Source: the human T2T-CHM13v2.0 reference genome, Homo sapiens. Taken from it: DNA of 64,000 nt. The notes under the pieces are model-generated. The model worked only from the letters and a program-made list of their open reading frames with translations. It made no database searches and had not been told where the DNA came from. Location of the stretch: the NCBI RefSeq assembly GCF_009914755.1, contig NC_060939.1, one strand, 5' to 3'. The translations under genes were made by a program, and so were the position numbers. Each line of letters begins with the position of its first letter. The stretch's first letter is position 1. Shown here piece by piece: positions 27,185 to 40,033 of this stretch.

Positions 27185-29253
27185 CCTCCAGCTGCAGCTG
27201 CTCCCAGCAGTGCTGAGGGCAGGAAACGGGGTGGCCCTGGAGTGTCACCTGGGATCCCCTCACCAGCTGTGTGGCCTTGGGCTCCCATTTCCCTCTCAGG
27301 GCCTTCATGTGCTGAATAAAGGGGCTGCCAAGCCCCATCCTTGCATAAATGAGGTCTGGGCATGAAGGGCACAGCACTGCGTGGGCATCCAGGTGGTGCT
27401 CAGGGAAGGCAGCTTTCTCCCCTCCCCCACAGCCACTGTCATCCCCAATTGCAAGGTCAGGGAGAGGGCCTGGGGCTGACCCTGCCAGTCCAAGGAATCC
27501 AGAAACTGTGGCATGAACAGCTGCGTCCCCTGTGCTATTGGCTGGCTGCTCCCTGACCCTAGAAAAGAGTCCTCAGCCAGGGCACTCACGCTGACATTCG
27601 GGGCCTCCTGCGATCTCCCCGGTCTGCCTTCTCCGCTTGTCCAACGCAGCCTTCTTTACCTGCACCGGCTCCTGGGCAGCCCTCATTCGGGCTCAGAGTG
27701 GCCCCTGCCATGCCTCGCTGCCCTGCCTCTGGCAGGGGTGGCCTTCCTGCCTCAAACCCCATTACCTCAAGGTCCAGTGGCAGTGCCCCCACCCTGTCCT
27801 GCCTGCCCTCAGCACGCACCCAGCCAGCATCTCAGAGCACTCCTATGTGCTGCCTGAGCTGGGTGCTGGCACCACGTCTCTCACCTTTATGGCTAGGGCT
27901 GGCCACAGGGAGCGGGGTGGTTATGATCCCAGTGGGGGAGGACCAGATGGGGCAGAGAACAGAAACTGAGGCCCCTGGGGGCCTAGAACCAAGGACGGAT
28001 GGCCCAGGAGGCTCTGGGCTTGCAAGGTCTCCCAGGGGCGGGTGTGAGTGGGCTGCAGGGAGTGGGCTATGGGGGCTGGTTAGGTGGCTGAACTAGAAGC
28101 TGTCCTAAGTGAGTTTTCTGCCATCAGTGAACAGTGGAGGGGGGCTGGGAAGGTGTCCTGGACTTTGAGATCTGGAATTCCCAGATGTTCTGCTGGTCTG
28201 TGGGACAGTTGGTGGGACATGTGGAAAGCTGGGAAACGCGTGTGTGTGTGCTCACTGCAGTGACACAGCATGGCCATATCCGTTTGCTGTGGAGGTGGGG
28301 TTGACAGAGGAGAGAACCGAGGCCCAAGAGGTGAAGCAGCTTGTCTGAGGTCACCCCGGGCGACCAGGATGCAGGCCTGCAGATGTGCACTTTGGAGCTC
28401 TGCCTGGAGCTGGGGTGGAGGAGCCTGCCTGCTGCCTCGTGCCCTCTGCCGGGCCTGGGGGATGTCCCAGGCCCAGGGCTGGCTGCTGTCCTCCTGCTCC
28501 TCTTGCTGGAGTAAGCAGGGCCTGGGGTTTGTTAGCAGCAGCGGCAGCAGCAGGAGCAAGGCTAGGAGGCTGGAAACAAGCCACATCCCAAAATAGCTCT
28601 GATAACCATGGGGCAGGAGGGCCCAGCCAAGCCTCAGCCCTGACAAGCACAGCCTGCAGCTGGCCTCCCTCCCCACTGGGCCTGGGCTCAGTCCCTGGTT
28701 TCCACTGATGGCCTGTAAGGCCCACTCACTCTAGGCTTTGTGGCCCACCTGAGAAGTGGGAGGCTGGCCTGGGAGATGGGACCCTGTGACTCAGAACCCG
28801 AGGCTGAGTACAGCCCCCGTGGCTGGAGGTGGTCACAGAGGCCTGGCAGGACAGATGCACTGGAGCAGGGGGCGGTGGCGGGAGTGGACGGCAGAGGTTG
28901 CTGCAGGCTGGCAGGAGGCCCCTGGGACCTCAGTTCTGTGCCAGGATCTGTCGGGGAATACCAGGGGTGAGCAAGTATGGAGATGGGGTGGCAGGGTGTC
29001 ACCCTGGGCAGGCTCTTTTATGGGCATGTGAGGGGGTCAGGGTGGGGTCTCAAGACCTTTCCTCCAGAAACTTCAGCCCAGCAGCGCCCGTTCTTGAATC
29101 CTGGGGTTGGCCATGAGCAGGTGGGACAGAAATAGCAACAGCTGGAGACGTGTGACCTTGGTTTGGGAACCGCTCCAGAAACCGGGGCACTCTGCTTGGT
29201 GGGGAGCTGCTGGAGCCTCCTTAAGGTGGTTGGGGTGGGGAGCCAGGTTCTGA

Positions 29254-29443
29254 TGCCCCCCCCCGCCCCCCCACCCCCCCAATCCCCCGCCCCCCCCACT
29301 CCCCCCACTCCCCCCACTCCCCCCCACTCCCCCCCCACTCCCCCCCACTCCCCCCCCACTCCACTCCCCCCCACTCCCCCCCACTCCCCCCCACTCCCCC
29401 CACTCCCCCCACTCCCCCCCACTCCCCCCACTCCCCCCACTCC
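29254..29443. repeat. C-rich tandem repeat (C6-7ACT)n abutting the terminal-exon acceptor
   Basis: ccccccact units ending 2 nt before the exon start at 29446. Confidence 0.95.
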
Positions 29444-29445
29444 AG

Positions 29446-29603
29446 GCTATAAGCGGGACCACCTGTCCTTCAGGTTCTGCGAGACGCTGCACCTAGTGGG
29501 CTGCTGCCAGCTGCCCACTGTCCGCACCCACTGCTGCCGCTCGTGCTCTCCGCCCAGCCACGGCGCCCGCTCCCGAGGCCATCAGCGGGTTGCCTGCCAC
29601 TGA
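29446..29603 (+). pseudogene. ADAMTS7P3: ADAMTS7P terminal exon 24, coding part (PLAC domain) to the ancestral TGA
   Basis: tccag|GC TAT AAG CGG GAC ... TGC CAC TGA; YKRDHLSFRFCETLHLVGCCQLPTVRTHCCRSCSPPSHGARSRGHQRVACH*. Confidence 0.92.
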
Positions 29604-29785
29604 CCGTGCCAGGATGCACAGACCGACCAACAGACCTCAGTGCCCACCATGGGCTGTGGCGGAGCTCCTGCCCCCTACGCCCTACGCCCTACGCCCTAAT
29701 GGTGCTAACCCCCTCTCACTATCCAGCGGCAGGCTGGGGACCTCCTCCCCCCTCAAAAAAAGTATTTTTTTATTCTAACAGTTTG

Positions 29786-29813
29786 TGTAACATTTATTAT
29801 GATTTTACATAAA
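29786..29813 (+). terminator. Putative ADAMTS7P poly(A) signal (variant CATAAA with upstream TGTA)
   Basis: TGTA at 29786-29789 and CATAAA at 29808-29813 in an AT-rich patch ~200 bp after the stop; no canonical + strand AATAAA nearby. Confidence 0.45.
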
Positions 29814-31524
29814 TGAGCATCTACCATTCCAAAGCACAGCATGACTTCATCTTGGATTTGGAGAATCTTAAAAGTGAGAAACTCTTCCCCCCACTCCTCT
29901 GCCCAAAACTCCACCGCCACAGCACCTCGGCAGGCGCGGCTTTTCACCTGCTCCTCTGGGGCAGATCTGCAGGGTACAGAGCAGCAAACAAGTCCGTGAG
30001 AGCATGGCGTCTGGTGAGGCACGGGCCTTGGAAGCTGGGGGGCTGCTGCCCAGGGAGGGCTATCTGCGGAGGGTCGGGTTCTGGGGGCAGGAAGGTCTTC
30101 CGGGCAGGGGCACAGCTTGGCCCTTACTTGCTGCCTGCCTCTAGCTCGGCTCCCAGCTTTCCCTGGGGCCCCACTCTGTGGTCCTCAGAGACCTGTTCCA
30201 CAGGGATTGGGCCCACCTTGTCACTTGCAGGACTGCCCCTTGGAGTGATGGGGACTGGGGCCCCCAGGGGCACCTCCCTGGGCCTGTTGTATCTGTTGAC
30301 TCTTCTGCAAAAAGTAGACAGAGAAGAGAGCAGGCTGGCCCGCTGTGCTCTACTGTGTCTGTCCCAGGACTCGGAAGGTAGGGAGGGAGCGTGGCCAGGG
30401 CGGCTGCCTGCAGGTGCGTGTCCTGCTGCTCCCCAACTCAACATGCTCACCTCATTTCACACCAACAAGCCCCATCCTCAGAGGAGGAGCCCAAGGCTCT
30501 GAGAGGAAGTAACTGGCCCAAGGGCACATGCCCTGGTGACACAGGCCCATCCTAGGCCCTGACTGCCCACCTCCAAGTTCCAGGCCACCCTGAGCAGGCC
30601 CCAGTGGCAGCTTTGCACAGAGAGGGCAGCCTGCCAGAGTTCACACAGGAAAGCAAGTTGCTGGGCAAGCTAGAGTGAGTCCCAGCCCCGCTGTGCTGCC
30701 CGAGGGTAGAGGAGCGTCAGGCGTGCTTCCTGTCTGTCTGCAGCAGCCCGGCTGGCCCAAAGAGACTCTAGGGACCCAAGCTCTGAGTCATGGCTTCCCA
30801 GGCCTTAGTCAGAACGGCCCCTGGTGGCACTCCCTTCCAAGGGGTGGGGAGCAGGGCCTGTCGACTTGCTCCTGACCCACACACGGAGCCAGTCCCTGTC
30901 CCAGCTCTGCCCCAGCTCTGCCGCCGCCGCTCTGCTGCGTGACTCCAGGAACCGCCAGCCTCGCTGAATCCATGTCCGCAGAAGAGAAAAGCCTGCCAGG
31001 CCTTGGCCTGCCCTGTCTGGGAATCCTTGCTGGAGCCACCCCGAAACACCCCTATGGGAACCCCTTTGGTCTTTATCATTCTTGGGTGTTTTCCACTGAT
31101 GACTGCGGGTGTGCCCAGTGGCAGCTGGGCCTGAGCTGTCAGCCCAGGCAGGAGACAAACAAGCCTGTGACTCAGGCAGGGCATGGCACAGCTGGCGGAA
31201 GGAGGCATGCCTATTCTTTGTGGCTGGGCGGGGGGTTATCCGGACACAGGGAGTCTCCAGCTTCCGGCTTTCCCACCTCGGTGCCCCCAGCCCACACCTG
31301 CAGCTTGGCCATGGTTCTTGGGGCCTCCCAAGGCTGCCCCTGCTGGCAAAGGCATCCTGACACACCCGCCCCAGGGTGAGCCAAGGGCAGAGACACCCAG
31401 AAACGCCAGGCTGGAAGGTTGGAGAGCCCCTCCTCGCCCCCCGCAACACCAATAAGCCCTGCCCCACCCTCCAAGCCCTTGGGGTGAGCCCCATCACCAG
31501 TGACTATAACTGAATTTCAATGCA

Positions 31525-34500
31525 GAATATTATACAAATTAGTAGTTTATTTCTTCCTTTAGTATTACAGTTCCAAAACGTAACTTGAAGGTCAGCACAG
31601 GAGCTGCTGTGATATAAAAGGAGAGAGTCACCTGGCGCCCCCTGCAGTCCTCCAGTTGCCCAGCAGCAGTGGGACGCTCAGTGGCACACAGTGGGTCTCT
31701 GTATGGCCTCCCACCTGCAAGGACTTCCCCGGGCAGGCCCAGCTGCCCAGAAGCCCCGGAACACACAGGAAGACAACACTATAGGATGGCAGGTGGGGAT
31801 CTGTGCAATACAAACATGTAGCTAGAAAACCCAACCGAGGATCTGTCTAGAATACTTCCGATATCAATATACCGTAGTTGAAACCAGAACCGTCTCCAGC
31901 TGTCAGCAGTCTTGGCGGCTACTGTACAGCTGTCAGCATGACTACAGGCAGCGCCCGAGGCTATCTGGGGTAAGAAGTGGGCCTGCACATCACATCGGTG
32001 AGTCAGTGAGAGTCAGGGCCAGAGGGAAAAGCAACTCGGAGGCTGAGGCTGGCACAGATACACACAAGGGAGTCACACACATAACATAATAACTTGTTAT
32101 ATAAAATAGATATGTGGAATCTAGAAACACCTTGAGAAAATAGCCTATAAAAATATAAACTGTAGTGAGAGTGTACAAAAGTATTAACAGAGGTTCAACC
32201 CATAAAAAACCCCATCCATTTAAAAGTTGGCAATTCCTAGCAGGTGTTGGGAGGGAGCTCCCCTCGGTCCTGGTGCGCACGTTTGGACAGGCCTTTGGGT
32301 TTCCCAGCTGGCAGGGTCCCCCTTGCAGGGGCCACGGGCTGGGTGTTGGGGTGAAGGTTCAGAGGAGGAACAGCAGCTTGGGGCAGCCCCTGTCAGAAGG
32401 GCCCCCTGCCATGGCAGCCAGTGGAGGCCAGGGACCTTCAGGGCACTGGAGGGGACAGAGCAGCTCTTTCCTCAGTGACCCGAGGGAGGGGAAGTGTTAG
32501 CGCAAAAGAGTGGGGCCCACAGTCCTGGAAGGAGGAGTTGGCTCCGTCCCGTTCCCAAACTTTAACCAGGCGGAGCCGCCCTCTCTTGCCTTCTGGACAC
32601 GCATCACTTGATTCCAGGCAGGAGAACCTCTGAGAAAGTGTCCCCAGTCCCTTTCCTCCAGGAACTCTCCTGCTGTCGCACACACACACTACCCGGCAGC
32701 TGCTGACAACTGCCTGGAAACACTAACATACCACCGTGGGTTGCAGCCACGACGGGCCCCTGGTCAGGTGCATCTCTCAGGGCAAACTGGACAACACGAG
32801 CCTGTCCCTAAAGGCAGCTCTTAGCCCCAGGACATGGCAGTGTGTGCTGGCATGTTCCAGGGGCCATTGGCTCGGAAAGTAAAACCTCAGGGCCCAGCCC
32901 CATTCCTGCTGCACCTCCTCAGCAGCCGCCCCCCAGGCTGACAGCTGTCGTTTCACGATGGGCTGAGGGGTGGGGGGTTTCCAACACTTGATTCGAGCAG
33001 ACTGCAACGCCCAGCTCACAGGACAACTGAAGGAGTCAGACCTCAAACTGCTGCTCTCAAAGACAAAGACAATGACAAAACCCATTTTTGATGCCTGAAA
33101 AGAGGCAAAGGCTTCTGGCTAAATATAGAGGCCAGCTCCGTCTACCCAGTGAAACATTAGTGGAGTTGGTTAAAGACACGAAGCCGGAGCTCACTCTAGC
33201 ATGTGCTGAAACACCAACTTTGCCGTGGCATTGCCAAAAAGTTGACAGCAAAAAATAGGAAAAATACTTCTTAAAACTGCATTGCTTCAATTCTTAGTCT
33301 CAGTGTGTTCACAACAAAGGATGATTTCCAGTTTTTTTCGGGTAATATGAAACATTCCACTGAGATCATTTATCTTGTATTTTCATAACACTGTGCCAGA
33401 AAACATCCTCTCACATCTACGCATCAGGGATGGTCTAGAGCGATTAAGCAAAAACAAGCTCCTTGCTCAAAGCCTCTCCCCAGCCTTCAGAAAGGCAGTC
33501 CTCTGAGTTCCCAGAAACTGCTGTGTCAGAGGCAACAGTGCCCCTGCATCCTGGCAGAGAACAAGGATGTTCCAGGCAGTGGTGGGGTGGGCACACATCT
33601 GGGAGAGCTCACCCAAGCCTGCCCCAAGCAAAAAAGTTTCCCAGCCCCAGGCACTGGCAGCCGGCCTCCTGCACAACCCAGGCAGGTGGAGACACCAGGA
33701 GCACTGGCCATCCCCAAGGAGGCCATGGTTTTCAGCTGTCCAAGAGCGTTCACGCTGCGGCTGCACCACTGCCCTGCAAAGCACCCCCGAAAACATTCCT
33801 CCATCCCCTCAACCAAGGCCAGCCCAGGCGTGGGCCTGCTTTGCAATATGACGGTCCACTGTTTACTTGGAATCCCATCCCATCGTACTTGGTGAATGAT
33901 TTCCACAAGTCAAGAAGGGCATTCCACAGAATCTCACAGAGCCATGCCTGGCACGGGGCAAGCTGGGGACAGAGCAGCCCAGTGATCTGCAAACACAGGC
34001 TGGCCATGAGAAGTGAGGGTGGGTGTCTGGGCAGCCAGGCCCTCCCCATGCAGGCTGGAAGACACTGATGGAAGGGTTGCGTGTGGAAGAGCAAAGGCTA
34101 TTCTAGAAATGGGGCATGGCTGGCAGCTTAAAGCCACTGGTGGGAGGTTCACAGGCTTTCCTACAGTGGCCATTTCTGAACAAGGGATGTGCCTGCTTTT
34201 CTAAGGCAGCCCCTTTTCATACCAACCTTATGCCTGAGGCAGCAACCCTCTGGCCTACAGGTGCCTAAAGCACAGCTGGCATCCTTTATAGCACTGCCAT
34301 TCAAAACCACACACCACTGCCCACTATGTACAGGAGAGAGAATATGGGGAGATGCCCAGCAAAGCAAGGTTTCAGAGGGTCAGAGCACCGACAGGCTGAC
34401 GGAGGCTGGAAACAGGCTCTTGCAAATAGCCACTGGTAAGCCTGAGGATCCACCAACCAGGCAGAAAGCGTGACTGAGATACGTGTAACCAAAAGCATGG

Positions 34501-34701
34501 CACGGAAATGGTTGTAAACAGATTAGACCTCCCACCCCTGCCCCCCGCACAGTGGGAAATGAGGAAGGGCAGCCTGGCTTGGGACATCTGCCCAGCAGAT
34601 CCCCAGAGGACACACACGTTACATTCTGGCTTTTAAGTGCACTTTCACCCTTTGGGCACACTTTGGTTGTGAAGGAAGGAAGAGCAGCATCCCGAGCCCA
34701 C
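31525..34701 (-). other. TBC1D2B: TBC1D2B 3'UTR (~3.2 kb; end approximate)
   Basis: Repeat-poor stretch from the stop codon to a minus-strand AATAAA in an AT-rich patch. Confidence 0.75.
31546..31551 (-). terminator. TBC1D2B poly(A) signal AATAAA
   Basis: Plus-strand TTTATT at 31546-31551 in an AT-rich island, followed (in minus sense) by a U/GU-rich stretch. Confidence 0.75.
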
Positions 34702-34897
34702 TCAGGTATCCTCCTCCTCGTCACTGACCAGCTCACCCTTGTCAGGGCTGGTGTCCCGCTCACGCAGGAAGTCCTCACGGATGGCCTCCAGCTCGGTCAG
34801 CTCCAGCCGGACTTTCTCCAAGTGGTAGGCGCGTCGGTTCCGGATCTGGCGTAGGGGGAAAGGGTTCAGGTCCCCAAAGGAGATACTGATCAGCTTC
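34702..34897 (-). CDS. TBC1D2B: TBC1D2B terminal exon, coding part
   Basis: gccag|G AAG CTG ATC ... GAT ACC TGA; KLISISFGDLNPFPLRQIRNRRAYHLEKVRLELTELEAIREDFLRERDTSPDKGELVSDEEEDT*; phases chain correctly through all nine exons. Confidence 0.95.
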
Positions 34898-37800
34898 CTG
34901 GCAGGACGCAGGGGAGAGACAAGAGAATCAGCGGCGCTCCAGAGAGTGCTCACACACAGCCCTCACAGGCATAGCAGGTGGCCTGGGGCAGGGTGGGAAG
35001 AGCGCTGGCCAGGCTTGGGGCCTGATGTAGGGGATGAGGCCCACCTTCTGTAGAGAGGTGACAAAGCACAATGGCCCAGCCAGGGGCAGGCTCAGAATGA
35101 CGACCTGGACTCCAGCTCTGCCACATGCTTGCTGTGTGACTGAAGTCACCCCCCTTTTCTGGCCTCTGATCTTCATCTGCACACTGGGGTAAGAGTAGTG
35201 CCACCTCCTAGGGTGTGGGATTACTCGTGTTCCCACACATAAGCGCTGAGAAGAGCTCCCGGCACTTGCATGGTGATGGCAGGTATGTCTTCATCCTTGG
35301 GCGGGCATGAGGCCTGGCACCGGGCACGAGTCCGGGACGTCTGTGTCCCAGGACTCATTGACTGGGAATGAACACAGGCCCAGGCAGTCCTGGCGATGAC
35401 TGTCAGACCCAGTCGGCAATGTGACAAGTGTCCAGATGCAGTCTACAGAGAAATGTGCAGCTTGTGGGTTTCACATCCCCAGGTCAAGGCTCCAATTTTC
35501 AATAAAAATGTTAAGGTTATGATCCACTTGCTCCTAACCACTGGTCAGTGGCTTAATAAAAACAAGACCAAAAGCTGTCCTGAGGCCTGGCTATGGATTT
35601 GTAGCACTAATGGGTCAGCCACACTGGTCTCTGGGGATCACAAAATAGGCCAGTTCCTAGGGCCACCTTCTTCCCCTCTCTGGATTCTGCCAGGCCCCAA
35701 ATGCTTTGTATCCACCAACATGGGCTCATGCGCTTCCCTGTCAACCAAAGGCCCAACAGACTCACCAGCCCCAGGAAAAGCTGTGATGAAACAGAAATGC
35801 CCCGAAGGACTTCCTGCCTGTCCCCATCAGAGCAGGCCATTTGCTCCTGCTGCCGTCGGCTGCGTGGGCTCCTTTTAACACAAGGCACACACGAGGGTGC
35901 AACCTTTTATGTTTCAAAACACCCACTACTACCTGGACATGCTTAACTCTCGTCCAGAGGCTTAAGGTCAGAAAGGCCAGCTTTATTTAAATTCTGAATT
36001 CCCCAGTGTGTGTTCTGGAACACGGGAGCACCAGAGAACAGAGAACGCCCAAGCACAGGGGTCCCCGCGTGTGGATTTCTCGGGTTCCGCCTCCTGCCTG
36101 GCTCTGCAGACCAGGCTGCCAGCCCCAGCAGGCGGGAGGAGGCTCCGTGTGAATGGGGCACAGGGTCCCCACCACCAGTCCTTTCTCCCCAACAGCTGTC
36201 AGCTCACAGCCCCCACAAACCCCAAACCTACGGCGCCCAACCCTCCTGTGCTGCAGAACACGAGCCCGAAGTATAATTCTTCATTTGTTCCTCAGTCAGG
36301 AGCTGACAGAGGCCCCTCGGCCCAGGCTGGCACCCGGGACGCCAGACCCCACCTCTGCCTCAGGCCTGGAAGGTTCCTCTGGGAAATGAGAAGGTGCCCC
36401 ATGGTCAGCTAAATTTGGGAGACGATGCTCAGCGCCTTAAAAGGCTCCTAGAAGTCCTGCTGCAGAACATGGTTCAATCCTGTGTAACTCCCGTCTCCTG
36501 AATGCAGCTGACCACACAACTCCCTCCCTGTGTTTCTGAAGGCCGATCGCTGTGCTGCAGGACTGGCCTCCTTGCAACCACTAGTCTGGGGAGCTCATTA
36601 AAACACTGAGGCTCTAGCCCAGAGGCGGATTATGGGCCCTTGCAGTCTTGATAACAGCGGGGAGCCTGCCGCCGCCTTGGCACTCCTTAAAGCACCTGTT
36701 GGTGTGGCGACCCTGCTTTCTAAAGCAAGCTGCAGGGGAGACCGTACCGCGAGCCACTCAGAAGGAGGCGCTGCAGGACCATGCAAGGCCCAGCAGTGTG
36801 GGAGGGGCCAGGTTGGCCTGCGGTGCCAGGGAAGGGCGGGCACTCACCAGAGCCACGCCCACTCACCTCCGCTCCTCCTGGCAGCGCCTGGGACCCAGTA
36901 CAGAACTGAGGGCAGCGGCGCTCCCAACACAGCCCTAGCTGTTGGCATGGGCGAGCTCACTCCCTGTCACTCTCGGCAATCCTGACCCAACACGAGATGA
37001 ACAGAAACCCTCCAGGCTCGCCGCAGGACTCAGAATCAAACTTTCCCCAGCAAATATGATTCCCATATCCCTCCTCATTTGGCAGAAATCAGGGCACTGT
37101 TGTTGGTGCTATTAGTAAGCCTGAAACTATTACAAACCCACTCCCCAATAAAAGACTCTAAAAATAGCGACGACCTCCAGGAAGCCTGGCATGGCCTCAG
37201 CCAGCACCTCAGCTCCCATTGTCCAAATCGGCTCTCAGGGTCAGAGCAGCCAACAGCTGCAGTCCAGGGGACATACAGACGAGGATGGCCCAGAACAGGC
37301 AATGACTGTGTGGTCAGGGAGGGTTCCTGAACACCTGGCCTCCCAGGCCAGAAACTCAGGGGTCCTCCAAGTCAAATTCCTCCCTCCCTCTCTTCAATCT
37401 ACCCCCCTTCTCCATCTGTGGGACCACCTACCTCCAGGCCACCACCTCTCCCCCTAGAGCCCTCTAACAGCCACCAGTCCTGCCCCAATCTGACCTGTCT
37501 GTCTCTTGCCTAACCCTGCAGGACTTCCCAGCACTCAGGATGAAGCCTCAAGTCCTGAGAGAAGTCTGCAATCACCCTGACAGCCCAGCTCTGCTATGGC
37601 CCAGCCACACTGGCACCAGCCGGGCTGAGCTGCCTCCACACTTCCCCAAACACACGTGCCCCACAGCTCTGCGCCACCACTCCTGAAGGACCCCCTGTCC
37701 CCATACTGTTTCCTTGCTGCCCCTTGCCCAGCTTATTTGGCCTTTCTCCGGCCTGGGATCCCTCTACCACAGCATGGATCAAACGATGCGCAACAGTGTC

Positions 37801-38160
37801 CCCAGCAAGGTCTTCCAGGACAGGCCTTACTCTCCATCTGTCATCCTCAGTGCCCAGCACAGACCCTACCACAAAGCAGGTACTCAGTAAATGCTTTCTA
37901 GACAAATGAAACTATTGCTGTTCGTTGTTGGGATTTATGTTTGTAGGATAAAGGACAGAATCCTCATCTCAGTTCCTCCTAGGTAAGGCTACTTGGGGCT
38001 CACACCCCTTGCTCTCTTTTCCCTGGAAAGCAATGCCCTCTCCAACACTGTACACCGGGGATGGCTCTGAGTTGGAAGACAGCAAGGACAGGCTGCTCTC
38101 AAGGAGGCAGGGGTCAGGCTTCCTGCTCTCCTTGACATCTGAGAACTCCCCAGGACTCAC

Positions 38161-38282
38161 CTAGCATCAAGGATAGTGCGAGTGAAGTAGCGGAGATACT
38201 TAAATATAGACATCGAATCTTGCAATTTCAAAATCTCCTCTTCCTTGTACTTAAAAAGTGCCAGAGCAAAACGGAAAATAAC
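38161..38282 (-). CDS. TBC1D2B: TBC1D2B penultimate exon (probably 12)
   Basis: cacag|GTT ATT TTC ... GCT AG|gtgagt; 122 bp; VIFRFALALFKYKEEEILKLQDSMSIFKYLRYFTRTILDA. Confidence 0.94.
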
Positions 38283-38716
38283 CTGTGGAATAAACAGGGA
38301 AATCTGTTAGTGGAAAAACCCTGTGGGTCCAGGCACAAGGCTGGACTCCAGGGGGGTGCTGGCCCTACTGGGGACAGGGGGACATGGCTTGCACGGTCCC
38401 CGCCCTGGGGAAAGACTATTGACCTGAGGGGCAATTTTCACTGGCTAGGCCAAGACTCCTTTATTACAGGAAAATAAACCCTGCTGGTTTTCAACAACAC
38501 ATCAGCCCAAACCAAAAATCTCCTTATAGGAGATCTTTGTGGAATCCTTTCATACTCAGAAAACACTTCTAGTCAATAAAGCATAAGGAACAAACATAAG
38601 GAATCATTTTAAAATAAAACCAAAATCAAGGTTTTCTGATTCTGAAACTCTTAGAAAGTCCCACCTACAGAGGCTGTTTCCATCTCAACTGGTGCACTTT
38701 TGAAGATAGCGAAGGA

Positions 38717-39023
<307 letters not shown>

Positions 39024-39159
39024 TTTCTTTTTTTTTTTTTTTAATTTGTGTTTGGGGTACATTAGAGGTTAGAGGGAATGGACTCCTGGTAGTCTTGCAA
39101 GTTCAAGCAGCTTTGGAACAAACTGCTTTCCCCATATCTAAGGGCCTGTACTTTCTCTA

Positions 39160-39285
39160 ATTTAGTTTGTTTTCTGGGTCTTGCTGTGTTGCCCAGGCTA
39201 TATTTTAACTCCTCAGCTCAAATGATCCTCCTACCTCAGCCTCCCAAGTAGCTGAGACAATTGGCACATGCCACTGTGCCCGGCT
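39160..39285 (-). mobile_element. Alu monomer (FLAM-like)
   Basis: gggtcttgctgtgttgcccaggct ... cctcagcctcccaagtagctg ... ccactgtgcccggc. Confidence 0.8.
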
Positions 39286-39847
39286 AAGGTAAAGAATAAA
39301 TTGAGAAGAGTAACTAGAAGACTAGGGAGGGGCCTCCACTCCATTACAAACACCTGTTTATACAATTAGGGTTTAATATGTAAATATATTCCTTATTCAA
39401 AAACTGATTTTTAAAAAACATACAACAGAGCGGGTGGGAGGCTCATGGGCAGTAAGGCTCTGAAGTTGGCTCCCCCAAGTTAGTCCCCCTCATTAGCCCC
39501 CCTAATCCCCTGCTTATTAGATCTCTGGGCCTCCATCTCCTCCTCCATATGATGGGGTAACACCACCAGCCATTTGACAGATGGTGAGGCTCAGGCTCAA
39601 ACTGTAAGCCATAGCTCCCAGCGCCTATCACAGGGCTTGATGTGGGTTGAATGTTTCTGATACATGAACAAATGACTGTGGTTTCCTGATACCCTGGACC
39701 CAGATCTAGTGCAGGCCGTGCTGAGATCCCTTGGGCACCATGGTAACCCTCATAAGTTCCAGGTGAGCCAGCCGCTCTACCGCCACCAACGCTGCTGACG
39801 GTTGTCAAGTGTGTATATCTGAAAATAGCTGAGCTGAGCTAACTCAC

Positions 39848-40033
39848 CTTTGGTCCTTCATAAAGGAAAGAGTCCCATATTTTAAAGAGGATGTCACTAA
39901 CGACACTATCCACAAATACCACCAGAAACCAGTTGAAAGTGATGAGAGTGTAGTCGACTTTGTACTGTTCAAAGTGGCCATGCAACCGAGGCAGCTTCTC
40001 ACTCATAAGGTCTCTGAACACCCGCTGGTCCAC
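39848..40033 (-). CDS. TBC1D2B: TBC1D2B exon (probably 11), TBC domain
   Basis: tccag|GTG GAC CAG ... CCA AAG|gtgagt; 186 bp; VDQRVFRDLMSEKLPRLHGHF...FKIWDSFLYEGPK. Confidence 0.95.

Noticed and set aside
29018-29492. Gly-rich and extensin-like ORFs
   Set aside because: Translations of the (C6-7ACT)n repeat; only 29446-29603 is a real exon remnant.
35221-35427. Possible extra TBC1D2B exon in the last intron
   Set aside because: No TBC similarity, no convincing splice-site pair found, and the flanking exons already join in frame.
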